Positions 1-10,863 of a stretch of DNA of 63,305 nucleotides are shown here, piece by piece. Under the pieces are notes generated by a model that saw nothing but the letters and a program-made list of their open reading frames with translations, made no database searches and had not been told where the DNA came from. The DNA is from a virus (Duplodnaviria > Caudoviricetes). Position numbers and translations under genes: made by a program. Location: positions 1 to 63,305 of IMG/VR virus record IMGVR_UViG_3300048592_001022, one strand, 5' to 3'. Every line of letters starts with the position of its first letter. Within the stretch, counting starts at the first letter, position 1.

Positions 1-1234
1 CGTCCAGCCTCGCCACGTTTTTACTGCTCTCAGAGCCTGGAATGCGGGCTCCATAGGCTGCGATTATGCGCCGCGCGACCTGGGCATCGATGCCGGACCA
101 TTTGAGCTTGATGGCAACAAGACCAAGAACATTGTTGCGATCCCCATCGGAAACGTCCTCTGGGAGTGGCGTTGGTCGAAATACCATGATCGTGGACGAC
201 GCGCGTCCGGACTTTTTCTTCGCGGGCTTCCGCTGTGCGCGGATCGCAAGGACCTTCTCTGCCAGGTGCTTAACCCGCCAGAACTCAGCATCTGCCGATA
301 CTTTATAGGAACCGAAGACTTCGACATCTTTGGTGATGACTATTCCCCGCAGTTCGGCATTTTTCGGACCTACGACTGAGGAAAGCAGGCCGGGTAGCGT
401 TGTCTTGGAAACAGGCATGGCCGTCAGCAGCTGCGACCTGGTGAGCACAATCTCGCCACCAGACGAAAGAGTGTCCAGGTGATCTGCAACAAGGTCCGCG
501 ACCTTCTCTGAAACCCTGCTGTCTGGGTAGAATCGGGTTAGGGGCTTGACGAAATGCTCAACGGTGGCGGCATTGGCTTTTAGGGCGGCGCATAGCGTGG
601 ACAGCACGGGGACCTTCCCTTTGCTATTCTGCTTTCTGTGTTCGGCAATTTCGGGATCCAGCCAGATGCTATCGTTGCGCCAATTCGAGGCCCAGCGATC
701 AAGACCCGCGGCACCCTTGTCCGCTCCGAACGGCGCAAGCAATTCGATGAGGGCTGCCTGGATTTTGGAGGCGAGCTCGTGCGCACCTCGAGCTTTACCG
801 TTCATTGGAAAGGGCGGAAAAAAGACCCAGATATGGATGCCGCGTTTGTTGCGCGAGCGGACGAGCTTGCAATACTGAGCGGCTTCTTCGCCGAGCTGAT
901 CGACAAGAAACTTGCGCACATGATTGGGGCAGATCTTTTCAAATACCTTGAATTCCTTCCTGCATCGATGGACGTCGAGGTCGATGGCGAAGCCATAGCA
1001 GAGCAGGTGGTTTATTCGCGGGCAGAACATGGTCGTTCTGATAAAGTCGGCGCTAGCATGTTCCCGCTCTGCGACACATGGCCGCATTACGATACGGCCA
1101 TGCTTGTTCTTATAGAATCTCGCGAAGGCGAAGTGAGCTTTGCCATTGCCGGGTAGAGTCACGACGATTTTGTTTTTTTCTTTTCCATCCGATAGAAGAA
1201 TCGCGGGCTTTTCGACTTTCTCCGCTGCAGCCAT
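1..1234 (-). CDS. AEP (primase-polymerase)-type plasmid replication protein with PriCT-like region; 3' truncated by window edge (missing from ORF track)
   Basis: Hand-translated frame open from ATG at 1234 (GGAGG upstream) to base 1: MAAAEKVEKP...FAIDLDVH (DxD)...VRSRNKRGIHIW (SxxxxGxH)...GDRNNVLGLVAIKLKWSG (PriCT-like). Confidence 0.7.
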   Translation of the reverse strand, partial: MAAAEKVEKPAILLSDGKEKNKIVVTLPGNGKAHFAFARFYKNKHGRIVMRPCVAEREHASADFIRTTMFCPRINHLLCYGFAIDLDVHRCRKEFKVFEKICPNHVRKFLVDQLGEEAAQYCKLVRSRNKRGIHIWVFFPPFPMNGKARGAHELASKIQAALIELLAPFGADKGAAGLDRWASNWRNDSIWLDPEIAEHRKQNSKGKVPVLSTLCAALKANAATVEHFVKPLTRFYPDSRVSEKVADLVADHLDTLSSGGEIVLTRSQLLTAMPVSKTTLPGLLSSVVGPKNAELRGIVITKDVEVFGSYKVSADAEFWRVKHLAEKVLAIRAQRKPAKKKSGRASSTIMVFRPTPLPEDVSDGDRNNVLGLVAIKLKWSGIDAQVARRIIAAYGARIPGSESSKNVARLD

Positions 1235-1474
1235 CCATGGCCTCCCAAGACGCAATAAGGTCCTAGCCCGTTCGCAGTGGCCGAAAAATGGCGCAAAAAA
1301 GCTGCGAATGGGTAAATTTAGTCAAAGTTATTTCCAAGGGGTTGCGCGAGGACTCTGGGTGGGATATCTTCTGAGGTGCGACGTCAGAAGATTTTGTCTT
1401 TCCAGAGTGCCTTTTCAGGCGCTTCCCCTTCCTGGGGTCAATCGCTTCTTTTTGAGTCCGGTACCTTTTACTCC

Positions 1475-2485
1475 TTAACGAATAAAGTTAACTTGCAGTT
1501 TCATTTTGCTTCGTCGCAGACGCATTGAGTTGAAGGCTCGCGCAAAGCCAGCCAATATGTTGGGCAATGTTTGTAAAAATCCATGCAGACAAAGAATGTT
1601 CAAAGGCTCTAGCATTAGACGACGCAGCATCTCAATGGATGACAGATCCTTTGATAGCCCCTGCTTTGCCGATGCTTTAGCTGAGATCTGCGCACTTTCA
1701 AGATTCAATCTCGCCTCTTCTAGCTTTGCCTCAAGGGGTTTCGACTCTTCAATTAGCTGAGTAAATCTCGTTCGATAGAGTATGGGATCTGTAGACTTAA
1801 TTTTTTCTCTGAATGGCTGAACCCTACTTAACAGATCATCAACATTGTTCTGTAGTCTTATGACTTTTGGATCAGCTGTAACTCGGCCAACCAACTCCCT
1901 ATCCTCTTGAGTTTTTATCGCTGTGTGCATTGTCCAATAGCCGAGAAGCAGCACCAGAATTCCAATCACTTTTTTTAGCAATGAATTCGCTGATCCTTTT
2001 TTATAGGGCAAGCTCAGCAGAATTGTGCTCGAAATGACAATCGTTAATGCCCAAAAATAACCTGTAAAGCCACCACCTCCCGCCTCAGCTCCAATGACAA
2101 CCAGCGCCGCAGTGAAGCACAAAGCGCCAATCCCACAAGTTATCGCTTTGAGAAGGTGTAATTCTTGCGCAGGCTGAGTGGTATGCCATCGGTGGGTTTC
2201 GGTCATCGGTCTGAAGGTTACAAGAGCGCGTGGTTCTTCATTAAATAAGTTAGGGGGTAAAGTCATCGGCGTAACCGGACATAGAATGTTCGGTTGTCTA
2301 AAAATTACCCCACTATCATTTCTTGAGCTTAAGACCTTGGTCTTAGGGATTGGTTTTACCAGCCTTGGTCTTTGACGAGACACATGCTGATGTTCCGGCC
2401 CTTGTATCCAGTCATAATGCTCAATTTGTGCACTGTTATTTTCTCTGCTTTGACCAAAACAGTATTTTGTGGAAGAATCTTCCAT
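1475..2485 (-). CDS. Hypothetical membrane protein (3 TM + coiled coil); true start may be internal
   Basis: 336-aa ORF with three hydrophobic helices followed by a coiled-coil segment. Confidence 0.55.
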   Translation of the reverse strand: MEDSSTKYCFGQSRENNSAQIEHYDWIQGPEHQHVSRQRPRLVKPIPKTKVLSSRNDSGVIFRQPNILCPVTPMTLPPNLFNEEPRALVTFRPMTETHRWHTTQPAQELHLLKAITCGIGALCFTAALVVIGAEAGGGGFTGYFWALTIVISSTILLSLPYKKGSANSLLKKVIGILVLLLGYWTMHTAIKTQEDRELVGRVTADPKVIRLQNNVDDLLSRVQPFREKIKSTDPILYRTRFTQLIEESKPLEAKLEEARLNLESAQISAKASAKQGLSKDLSSIEMLRRLMLEPLNILCLHGFLQTLPNILAGFARAFNSMRLRRSKMKLQVNFIR

Positions 2486-2555
2486 GAGTCATTCTTTCGT
2501 TAAGGTGTAGAGTGGCTCAGTCGCTGTCAAGGTTCGAGCTTGGCAGCGACATTCT

Positions 2556-3407
2556 TCAGATCAGCTTCAAATACTCCAAAGCTTCTTCGAGAATTTTTCG
2601 CATATCATCGTTTATTTCCGGCCTTTGCTTATAAAACTCCGTGAGTTTTGTTCTCATGACATACTTTCGAGGGCTCGGTTTTGCAGAAGCGCCTTTTCGC
2701 TCTACCAATCTATTCTTGATAGCTGCAAAAATCTCTTCATCTGAATCGAATGACTTCTGAACAAACTCGTGAAGTACGATTCGTAATGATAGTTTGTCTG
2801 AATTTTCGCGAATGAGAGACTTAATTTCATCACCCCATTCAGCCATTTTCAGGTAACGCTTCACAGTCTTTTCATTTCGCTCAAAATGACTACTAATTGC
2901 GTCAACGCTCCAGCCTTGCTTGGCAAGTTCACCATAGCCATCGGCAACATCGAGAAAGTGAAGTTCATCGCGGTTTAAGTTTTCGGCAAGTGCTGCACTT
3001 GTACTTTGAGATGAATTTCTATTTTGAAGGAGAAGACATGGGATTTTTTCAATCCCGAGAAGCTTTAATGCTCTAATTCTGCGATGGCCTGCTAAGCAAA
3101 CAAGCTGGTAAGACTTTTCAGTCAGGCGAAGCTCTACAACGGCATTCTGTAGAAGTCCATTCTTTCTAATAGACTCAACCAAAGCCTTAAATTTCGCTGA
3201 ATCTTCATCAATTGGATCTTTTCTAATGTTCTGGCTAATGTCGATATCTGTAATATTTAGGACAACTATCTTGCCTATAAGTCCCAGAAGTTTTTCAAGC
3301 TTCGAGTCGTCATCATTAGTCTGCGCATCTGACATCTGTTGACCGATACTCTTGAAAGAATTCTCAATTCTCTGATCCACTTTTCTCTTTTGATTTGCTA
3401 CTGCCAT
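2556..3407 (-). CDS. parB: ParB/RepB/Spo0J partition protein
   Basis: LVESIRKNGLLQ and LAGHRRIRA ParBc motifs, ENLNRDEL, HTH; directly downstream of parA. Confidence 0.9.
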   Translation of the reverse strand: MAVANQKRKVDQRIENSFKSIGQQMSDAQTNDDDSKLEKLLGLIGKIVVLNITDIDISQNIRKDPIDEDSAKFKALVESIRKNGLLQNAVVELRLTEKSYQLVCLAGHRRIRALKLLGIEKIPCLLLQNRNSSQSTSAALAENLNRDELHFLDVADGYGELAKQGWSVDAISSHFERNEKTVKRYLKMAEWGDEIKSLIRENSDKLSLRIVLHEFVQKSFDSDEEIFAAIKNRLVERKGASAKPSPRKYVMRTKLTEFYKQRPEINDDMRKILEEALEYLKLI

Positions 3408-3471
3408 GCTTCTTCTTCTCCGATTGGGATACGCGTATCCCGGCTTAAGTATTCAAATCCAAAGGATATTT

Positions 3472-4359
3472 TCAAAGCTCGACTTGCACTTCAATGTCTG
3501 GCGCTGGCTTGGCACTTCTCAAGGCATCGATATCGACTGGCTTTGCCGTCCGGCCTTGTCTACGTCCCCGCAACGCAGGTAACATCTCGCCAGCTAATGC
3601 TGAATACGCAACAGCAACAGGCGAGTCCTTGCGATAGAGATGCAAGCTCATGCTCCTCGAAGAGGCACTCGACACTTGCCTGCTCCTCGGTATAGTTGTT
3701 TTAAAAACATGGAAGTTTGCTTCTTTGGCGATCTCTCTCAATTTCCTCTCGTATACTTCGTGGGTCGCCATCTGCTTATCGATATTCGTCACAAGACAGC
3801 CAAGGAAGGTAAGCGTCGGGTTATGCCTCTTCTTCATGGCCTGGACAGCCGCAAAAACATTCGCCAGACCATCTACTGGATCCTTTTCAGGAAATAATGG
3901 AACAATGTAGTAGTGCGCCCCCACAATTGCCGACTGAAAGAAGACATGTCTTTTTCCTGGCCCAAGATCCACTATGACGGCAAAGTATTCTTTGACCTCT
4001 GGACAGTCCATAAGGATCTTCAACAAGAAAAATTGGTTTGGATGTCCAACCATGGATTGGTTGTACTCATCCATTCTATCGTCAGCGCAAAGCAGATCGA
4101 CGCCAGGAACATTCGTTGACACCCTGATCTTAGTTAGAGGCCACTCGTTTGCAATCGCAGCAAAAAGTGTTCTGTCTTCTTTAGCAAGAGCTGGAATGTC
4201 AGCACCCAACAATCTGGATGCATTCGCTTGCGAATCAAAGTCAACAACCAGCACACGTCTTCCAAGTAAAGAAAGAGCCGATGCTAAATTAACGGCTGTC
4301 GTAGTTTTTCCAACCCCGCCCTTATCATTCGGAAGCGCGATTATGTTTGGTCCAGACAT
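3472..4359 (-). CDS. parA: ParA/Soj partition ATPase
   Basis: KGGVGKTT deviant Walker A, VDFDSQAN, IVDLGP. Confidence 0.95.
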   Translation of the reverse strand: MSGPNIIALPNDKGGVGKTTTAVNLASALSLLGRRVLVVDFDSQANASRLLGADIPALAKEDRTLFAAIANEWPLTKIRVSTNVPGVDLLCADDRMDEYNQSMVGHPNQFFLLKILMDCPEVKEYFAVIVDLGPGKRHVFFQSAIVGAHYYIVPLFPEKDPVDGLANVFAAVQAMKKRHNPTLTFLGCLVTNIDKQMATHEVYERKLREIAKEANFHVFKTTIPRSRQVSSASSRSMSLHLYRKDSPVAVAYSALAGEMLPALRGRRQGRTAKPVDIDALRSAKPAPDIEVQVEL

Positions 4360-4752
4360 AAGAATCTCTCAACTCGGAGTTATTGATAACTTACAAATAG
4401 TACAATCACTTTTCGACGGTGCCTAGCTCTTTCTTAACCACAACTCCCAAGCCTTGCTATACATACCTTTCAAAACTCATAAGTGCTGAATGTCTTATTT
4501 ATAAGGACATACGAACAATACTAACGCCAAAACCTTTTCCCCAAAGGTCCTGCACAATCATTTCAACTAAATTGAATCATCAAGTTTTTTCAGCAATCGA
4601 ATCTCTTTCATTGACAAGCGAAGGAAAATGTCGGCCAATTGTGGCACCCGTAACCTTGAAGAAACAGCGTGGTGATCACAATTTAAGCATATTAAATCTC
4701 CTCTCCAGAGGCTAACGCGAATGAAACATTCAAACAGAGGCCAATCAAAGCA

Positions 4753-5271
4753 ATGGCGAAGGCTAAGAAAAAAGACGCAAGATCCCCAAAATTCTTAGAG
4801 AGTTCCCCATCAAACCGCGGCGGCTACGGCAGGCCGCCAGCAGCATGGCTTGTCGATAAGAAGCTGCTCAAAGCAGAGAAGGACGGCAACCAGGCAATGA
4901 CCTATCGGGACATTGCTGCTGCTACAGGTAGGCCACAGACAGCAGTCAAGCGCCTCTGCAGAAAATATGCGCATTTCCTGATCGTCGGCCATCGACCGTC
5001 CGAGGAGACTTACGACCAAATCGCGTACGTACGTCCCAAGCGGCTGCGCCTACTTCATCAGGTCCTGGCCACGGAATTTTCGCTGAAGATGGAGATGCGT
5101 CGCGCTGAGGATGGGCGCGAGAACAGCCTCCCCAGCGCCTATGCCCATTTTCAGAGCGCCGCGCGATCGGCAGGGTTTAAAGGGGAGGGGACTGAAGGGA
5201 AATCACTGGAGCGGGATCCGCTTATGATCACCCATTACTGGGCCAGCATTTGCGGAGAACTTGGGCTTTAA
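4753..5271 (+). CDS. Hypothetical, possibly HTH DNA-binding protein
   Basis: 172 aa; MTYRDIAAATGRPQTAVKRL is HTH-like. Confidence 0.5.
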   Translation: MAKAKKKDARSPKFLESSPSNRGGYGRPPAAWLVDKKLLKAEKDGNQAMTYRDIAAATGRPQTAVKRLCRKYAHFLIVGHRPSEETYDQIAYVRPKRLRLLHQVLATEFSLKMEMRRAEDGRENSLPSAYAHFQSAARSAGFKGEGTEGKSLERDPLMITHYWASICGELGL

Positions 5272-5286
5272 TTCACGGCCCTGCCT

Positions 5287-6294
5287 TTAAGTTTCCTCTC
5301 TGTCAGTGCCATCATCAGCCGGATCCGGCTTTGTCTCCTTGTAGCCGTCCACCGTACATTCGACCGTACTTTGAAAAGTCGAGCCATCGATCACATGCTC
5401 GACTGACTTGATCACCCACTCGCCGTCGACCCCGTCCCGCACGCCTGAGAGCGAGCATTTCCTCTCGGCAGCAAGCGCACAGTCGCCTGGTACAGTGAAG
5501 GTCAAGGTCTTGCCCTTGCGCGATACCTCGCGGAATTTGGCCTCTGCCGCCCGCCGCGCCGAGTCCTCGGTGACTTTATTGAACTCAAGCTCGAGCACGA
5601 CGCCTTGCTTCCCGACCAGGACATAGTTCTTTTTCGCCGCGTCATTGTCATACCAATACGCACGCACCCCAGTGTATCGCTTGGTCTGTTCGCCCGAGTA
5701 TTCATATCTGATAGGGTTTGTGACGCTGATCTTCGGAAGCGTCCCGCCGCTCGCCTTCTGGCTCTTGTCCGCGGGCGATACCATGAGAAAGCGGTCACTG
5801 ATCTTCACGATCATATCGTAGCGGCGAGCCAGTCGGTTCAGAAATTGAATATCGCTCTCTGTCTGGGTTTCATATTCGATCGCGATGTTTTGCAGCTCAT
5901 CGATTACGGCCGGTTTTAGGCCATTCCGCCGCGCTATCTCACCCACAACGCTCCCGAGAGTCGTTGAGCTCCATGATTGCTCCCGCTGGGATTTTATTGA
6001 CGAACTTTGGTCGAGAGCCGATGCTTCGATCTTGAGGACCCGTGGGGCGCCCGAGATCGCGACGTGCTTCGTAGCATAGCTGCCGATGTCGACCAGGACA
6101 TCCTCATAGCCAAGGGCAACCTCAAAGACCTGGCCTTCCTCTGGCAACGCAATCGGTGGATCGTCGGCCAGCTCAATGCACAGCTTGTCAGACTTGAGGC
6201 AAGCTTCATCTTTCACGGTGAGCTTCACTAGCCTTGAGCGAATGGCTTCTGTAAGATCCTTATCCTTTGATTTGATCCTAAAATTAGGCTTCAT
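5287..6294 (-). CDS. Phage late control D / baseplate hub protein (P2 gpD-like)
   Basis: QTESDIQFLNRLARRY, RYTGVRAYWYD, WVIKSVEHVI motifs; position after gpX. Confidence 0.9.
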   Translation of the reverse strand: MKPNFRIKSKDKDLTEAIRSRLVKLTVKDEACLKSDKLCIELADDPPIALPEEGQVFEVALGYEDVLVDIGSYATKHVAISGAPRVLKIEASALDQSSSIKSQREQSWSSTTLGSVVGEIARRNGLKPAVIDELQNIAIEYETQTESDIQFLNRLARRYDMIVKISDRFLMVSPADKSQKASGGTLPKISVTNPIRYEYSGEQTKRYTGVRAYWYDNDAAKKNYVLVGKQGVVLELEFNKVTEDSARRAAEAKFREVSRKGKTLTFTVPGDCALAAERKCSLSGVRDGVDGEWVIKSVEHVIDGSTFQSTVECTVDGYKETKPDPADDGTDREET

Positions 6295-6522
6295 TTAGTC
6301 GAATATCCTCACTGTTTTTGTTGTTTCCGTCGGTCTTGCAAGATCAGGCAGCACAATGGTTTCCGGCTTATTAAGCGGAAGGACAATCCCAAGATTGTCA
6401 AAGAGATCGAGCTTATCCCAGTTGGCTCGCAGCACGGCCTCAAGGGCACCTGGCAGCTCTCCGTATTCATTCCAGCAGATCAGATCCAGCTCATCCCCCT
6501 CGGTCAGCTGATAATCACGCAT
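6295..6522 (-). CDS. Tail protein X (P2 gpX-like)
   Basis: GDELDLICWNEYG...VLRAN...IVLPDL motif; start reassigned to MRDYQ. Confidence 0.85.
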   Translation of the reverse strand: MRDYQLTEGDELDLICWNEYGELPGALEAVLRANWDKLDLFDNLGIVLPLNKPETIVLPDLARPTETTKTVRIFD

Positions 6523-6961
6523 AGTGAAACTCCAGCTCCAAGGTGAACTCGACCCGTCTTGGGACGCCGTCACCCCAAAATATGGATCGCGATTCCTTCA
6601 GAGACTTAATTGCCCAGAAGCCCATATTCTGCCCAAGCTGTGTATCTGCATAGATCAGGCGCTGAGGCTTCCCACTCGCTGCGATGTCCCGAAGCTTTTT
6701 CAAATGATCAAGCTGCCCGGAGTATTCCGGGTACAGGACGCCAGTGAGAGTCAGCTTGTCCTCATGTGGACCAATCGGGCTTTTTCCAGTTGCTCCAAGG
6801 TATTGGTGGACCGGGATTGCACCGATTGGCTCCAGCTTTGCCCACCTATAGGATGTCTCGCGGTCCATCTTATCAGGCACCAAAGTCTTCAGTTCAAACG
6901 TAAAATCGCCGAGCTGCGCAAAGGTTTCTTTCTTGATTATGCCGGTGGTATCGAGAAGCAT
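6515..6961 (-). CDS. Tail protein U (P2 gpU-like)
   Basis: LGDFTF, YRWAK, QYLG, LTGVLYPE, FTLELE motifs; follows tape measure. Confidence 0.88.
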   Translation of the reverse strand: MLLDTTGIIKKETFAQLGDFTFELKTLVPDKMDRETSYRWAKLEPIGAIPVHQYLGATGKSPIGPHEDKLTLTGVLYPEYSGQLDHLKKLRDIAASGKPQRLIYADTQLGQNMGFWAIKSLKESRSIFWGDGVPRRVEFTLELEFHYA

Positions 6962-9900
6962 TAGCTCACCTCAACCGGGTCGAAAAGGTTGAAGGACGGG
7001 ACTTTCTGGAATGCATAGCGCACTTCGTTTGCAATCTTATTGGCAACCTGCCGAGGCTCCTGCACGCCGGTCATCGTGAATGTGTTAGTCACGGTGATGA
7101 TATTCTTTTGGTTCAAGCTCCCGCCCGATGCGGCCTTTTCTGTGTTTGGCAGATCCGGCTGACTCATCATCCCGCTGATTTTTTTCAAAGGATTATCGAG
7201 CATCGACGGCCCGCCTTCATCTGCACCACCAAAGAGGCGAGTAAGAAATCCCGGCTCCTCAGGCTTTTCGCCGGACACCTTGATTTCCGTGTCATCGGTG
7301 GGGAAGATCTTGCTGATATAGGGCTTGATCTTCTCGTACACAGTTTTGAACATCCCAATGAGCTTTTCCCAGTTTTTCGCGATGTAAACCACGGGATGCC
7401 AGCTCATGTGTTCTTTGATCCATCCCCAGGCCGTGCTGACCACTCCGGCTACTCGCACCCAAAGATCGACGAAGTAGGCTTTGATACTTTCCCAGGTCTT
7501 GAGCAGCCACGGCTTGATCGTGGCCCAGTTTTTATAGATGAGATACCCGCCGACCCCGATCGCCGTGATTACAGCCGTGATCGCCCAGCCCGCAGGCCCC
7601 ATGGCGAGAAGTGCCCCACCAGCAGCCCGGGCCATCGACATGAGTGACCCAAGGCCGGAAGCAGCGGCGCCGGCACCAGCTTTGATGCCCTGAAGGCCCA
7701 TCTTTCCGAGATTCTTTGCGAGGCCCCATCCGCCTCTCAATCCTTTGCCAGCAAAGCCCAGACCTGACTTCAAAGCGCTGCCCATCCTTCTTTTCACCGA
7801 TTTCATTCCGAGCGACATATTTCTGCCGACGCCTTTCCAGTCGGTGTCCTTAAGCACATCCCAGGCTTTACCAGCGGCTTTGCGCCCGAGCCTATCCTTG
7901 CCAAATCCAAAGTCCCATGCTCTCTTAAGATTCATAAAACCAGCGCCAAGGGTAAAGAACCCGGACAGAGCCAGTTTCCCAATTGCCATGGCTGCGCTAA
8001 ATGCAAATAGGGCACCAACGGTCTGCATGATGACCTTTGCCACGCCCTGATTGGCTTTCAGCCATTCTCCGAAGCCGTTCAAAATGGGTTTCAGCCAAAC
8101 CATCATCTCTCTGAGTACGGGGATGAAAGCTTCACCGAAGGTGATCATGATGTCATTGAAGCCTCCAGAAATCTCTCCAAGCTCCTTCGCTGTCGAAGCA
8201 CTCAGCTCCTTTTTGATCTTTTCCATATTCTGGGTTTCGTTCAGCGCTTGAATGAGCTGATCGACATTCTTTCCGCTCTTGGAAAATTCCTTCATAAGAT
8301 CGGAAATGCCAAGACGAGTCTTTGAAAAGAACAGCTCCACGTACTTAAGCTTCTCTTCGAGAGGAAGTGTCTGGATCTGTGTTTTGATTTCGGATGTCAA
8401 TTCATCAGCTGATTTGGTTCCACCAAGAGCCTTGGTGCGACTGATATTTAGGCGCTTTAAAGCTGCATCAACTCCCTTGCCATTGCCGACAAATTCCTCA
8501 GCTTTCATATCTTCAAGTTTGGGGGCCAGCTTGAGGCTACCGAATATTTTCTGCATCTGCGCTTCTGCAGCTGATCCCTTTAGACCCTTGAGAGAGCCTG
8601 CGATTGCCGCAGCTATACCACCGCCACTCATCGCGCGATTGAATTTGACCCCTAGACTGTCAGCAGCTGCCCGCAGATCAGCGTCCGGCATTTTAAGCAG
8701 GGACTTCGCGGTTGCATTGTAGGCTGGAGCAAGCTCCAGCGTTCTCTGGCTGAGCTTGAGTGAACCATCAGCCTGTGATCGGAATAGAATGGAAGCGGAT
8801 GGCGCGTGCTCCTCACCGGCCAGGGCTTTCGATACAGCCGATCGTTTGGCCGATCCCACTCCCTTCATTGCCCGATTCATGTCGCCGATGATGTCCATCC
8901 AATCGCGCATGTTCCCAGCCGCATCTTTCGTGCTGATATGCATCTCTTCGAGGACCCGCCGTAGCTCCTTCGGCGGCTTTGCGAGACGCAGGAATATCGC
9001 ACGCATTGCAGTACCAGCCATCGAGCCTTTGACGCCGCTATTGTGAAGGACTGATGATGCCGCGAGCGTCTGCTCAAGACTGGAACCCACGTCCACTGCA
9101 GAAGCCGCGACGTATTTGAGCATTTCACCGAGAGACTCAAGGCTGGATGCCGATCCGGTATAAGCTGCAGTCAAGGCATCGCCGACTCTGGCCATTTGCG
9201 AGACGTCGATATTAAAACCCTGGAGCACTTCGCTCGTGATCTCAGCTGTGCGGGCGAGTGAGGTCATCGAGCTTTCCGCGAGAGCAAGCATGCTCGGCAT
9301 GACAGCGATGATATCGTTTGTCCTGTAACCAGCCGTGGCCAACTCATTCTGGGCGTCAGCCACCTCTCTGGCCGTATAAATTGTCGAGGCTCCAAGGTCT
9401 CGGGCCTGCTCTTTGAGTCGCTTGAATTCCTGAGCATTCGCACCAGACATGGCTTTGACGCGGACCATCGCTTTTTCAAATTCAATCGCTTCGCGAAGAG
9501 GGGCTGTAAAAATGTAGCCGTATCCCAGCGTAAAAGCGCTATGGCCAAGGGCTTCGGATCGAAGCTCGCTTGCACGATCGGACATCCTTCGGGCCGACTT
9601 TGCTGTGGATAGGGACGTCGATTGCCGCGCTATCGTGGAGTTGAGCTTTTCCTCAGCTGCTGTGACATTCTTGACATCGACGCCGGCTTTTTCGAGGGCA
9701 GTCTCGTACTGCTTCACACTCGCCGTAGCCTTGGTGATCTGGCTGTTCGTCGCTTCCACGGTGCTACTTAGATTTTTCTGCTCGCGGGCCAGGATCGAGG
9801 CTGTTCCCCCTGATTTCTCGGCGGCAGCCTGGTAGGTTTTCTGCGTTGCGACTGCTGCGGTCTGCTCCGCGCGAGCAGCAGCAATAGCCTTTTCCGCTGC

Positions 9901-10863
9901 CGCAACCCGCTGCTGCTGCGCCGCCAGCTCAGCTTTCTGGGAATCGCTCAGCTCGCCGGACATGGACCTGCGCATGCGTGAGAGCTCGCCCGTGAGTTTT
10001 CTATGCTCGGCTGTGGCGGTCTGGACCGCCGCAGTTGCTGATCGGGACCGGGCCTCATAGACGCTAAGGCCATTGGCGGCATCCAGGGCCCTCTGCTTTT
10101 CCAGATCGAGCGAGCGGGTTAGGCGTTCAACTTCGCGATGAGTCGTAGCTTTTGCTGCTGCCGCCAGTTTTGCCTCATCACGAAGCCTTGCCAGTGCTGC
10201 CCGCTGCTCGGCGGTCGGTGCCGCCAGCTTTTCCATGGCGATCCGCTCGCGGTCGTACTCAGCACGCAGCTGCGAATGTCTTTCCGTGGCTGACTTTGCC
10301 ACATCCTGGGCTCTGGTTAGGGAAGCCTCCTGCTCACGGATCCGCGCATTCAATTTTTCAACGGACTGCCGCTTTTTCTCCAGAGCCCGCGCTGCCATGG
10401 AGGCTTCCTGGCCTGCCGCACGTAGTGCATTCCTGGAGCCGTCCGCAGCTGCCTTGAGCTTCTGCAGCGCTTCCACCTGTGCTGCCGTAGGCTGGGCAGC
10501 CTGCTGCAGAGTAGCCTGAAGCCTGCGAAGATTTTCATTGAGAAGCTGATGCTCCTGCCGTGCGGCAGCAACCTTCTGCCTCGCTTGGTCGATGGCAGCT
10601 GTATGGGCCGCCTCAGCAGCAACAGCAGCCTTCAGCTTCGCATTGACCTCGTCCAGCTCCTTGCCTTTTTTGCCAAGCTCCGCGTTCAAAGCACTTACAT
10701 TGTCCCGTGCCTTCTTCAGACCCTCAAGGTTTGCAGCTGAATTTTTGAGGTTACGAAGCGATTTGTTCAGATCCTTGATCTTCTCGTCAGCCGATGCAAA
10801 CGTCGAATTGAACGCAGTATCGAAAGCTGCGCGGATCTTAACGCTGACCTGTCCCTTGCTCAC
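6961..10863 (-). CDS. Tail tape measure protein (TP901-family core)
   Basis: 1300 aa, alanine-rich coiled coil, FEKAMVRVKA...ARDLGAST...GVKGSMAGTAMR core. Confidence 0.95.
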   Translation of the reverse strand: MSKGQVSVKIRAAFDTAFNSTFASADEKIKDLNKSLRNLKNSAANLEGLKKARDNVSALNAELGKKGKELDEVNAKLKAAVAAEAAHTAAIDQARQKVAAARQEHQLLNENLRRLQATLQQAAQPTAAQVEALQKLKAAADGSRNALRAAGQEASMAARALEKKRQSVEKLNARIREQEASLTRAQDVAKSATERHSQLRAEYDRERIAMEKLAAPTAEQRAALARLRDEAKLAAAAKATTHREVERLTRSLDLEKQRALDAANGLSVYEARSRSATAAVQTATAEHRKLTGELSRMRRSMSGELSDSQKAELAAQQQRVAAAEKAIAAARAEQTAAVATQKTYQAAAEKSGGTASILAREQKNLSSTVEATNSQITKATASVKQYETALEKAGVDVKNVTAAEEKLNSTIARQSTSLSTAKSARRMSDRASELRSEALGHSAFTLGYGYIFTAPLREAIEFEKAMVRVKAMSGANAQEFKRLKEQARDLGASTIYTAREVADAQNELATAGYRTNDIIAVMPSMLALAESSMTSLARTAEITSEVLQGFNIDVSQMARVGDALTAAYTGSASSLESLGEMLKYVAASAVDVGSSLEQTLAASSVLHNSGVKGSMAGTAMRAIFLRLAKPPKELRRVLEEMHISTKDAAGNMRDWMDIIGDMNRAMKGVGSAKRSAVSKALAGEEHAPSASILFRSQADGSLKLSQRTLELAPAYNATAKSLLKMPDADLRAAADSLGVKFNRAMSGGGIAAAIAGSLKGLKGSAAEAQMQKIFGSLKLAPKLEDMKAEEFVGNGKGVDAALKRLNISRTKALGGTKSADELTSEIKTQIQTLPLEEKLKYVELFFSKTRLGISDLMKEFSKSGKNVDQLIQALNETQNMEKIKKELSASTAKELGEISGGFNDIMITFGEAFIPVLREMMVWLKPILNGFGEWLKANQGVAKVIMQTVGALFAFSAAMAIGKLALSGFFTLGAGFMNLKRAWDFGFGKDRLGRKAAGKAWDVLKDTDWKGVGRNMSLGMKSVKRRMGSALKSGLGFAGKGLRGGWGLAKNLGKMGLQGIKAGAGAAASGLGSLMSMARAAGGALLAMGPAGWAITAVITAIGVGGYLIYKNWATIKPWLLKTWESIKAYFVDLWVRVAGVVSTAWGWIKEHMSWHPVVYIAKNWEKLIGMFKTVYEKIKPYISKIFPTDDTEIKVSGEKPEEPGFLTRLFGGADEGGPSMLDNPLKKISGMMSQPDLPNTEKAASGGSLNQKNIITVTNTFTMTGVQEPRQVANKIANEVRYAFQKVPSFNLFDPVEVS

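Noticed and set aside
638-1156. 172-aa plus-strand ORF
   Set aside because: Antisense shadow of the longer motif-bearing minus-strand replicase
4671-4697. dif-like site GGTGATCACAA...ATATTAAAT
   Set aside because: Arms only partly match and the spacing is 5 nt rather than 6
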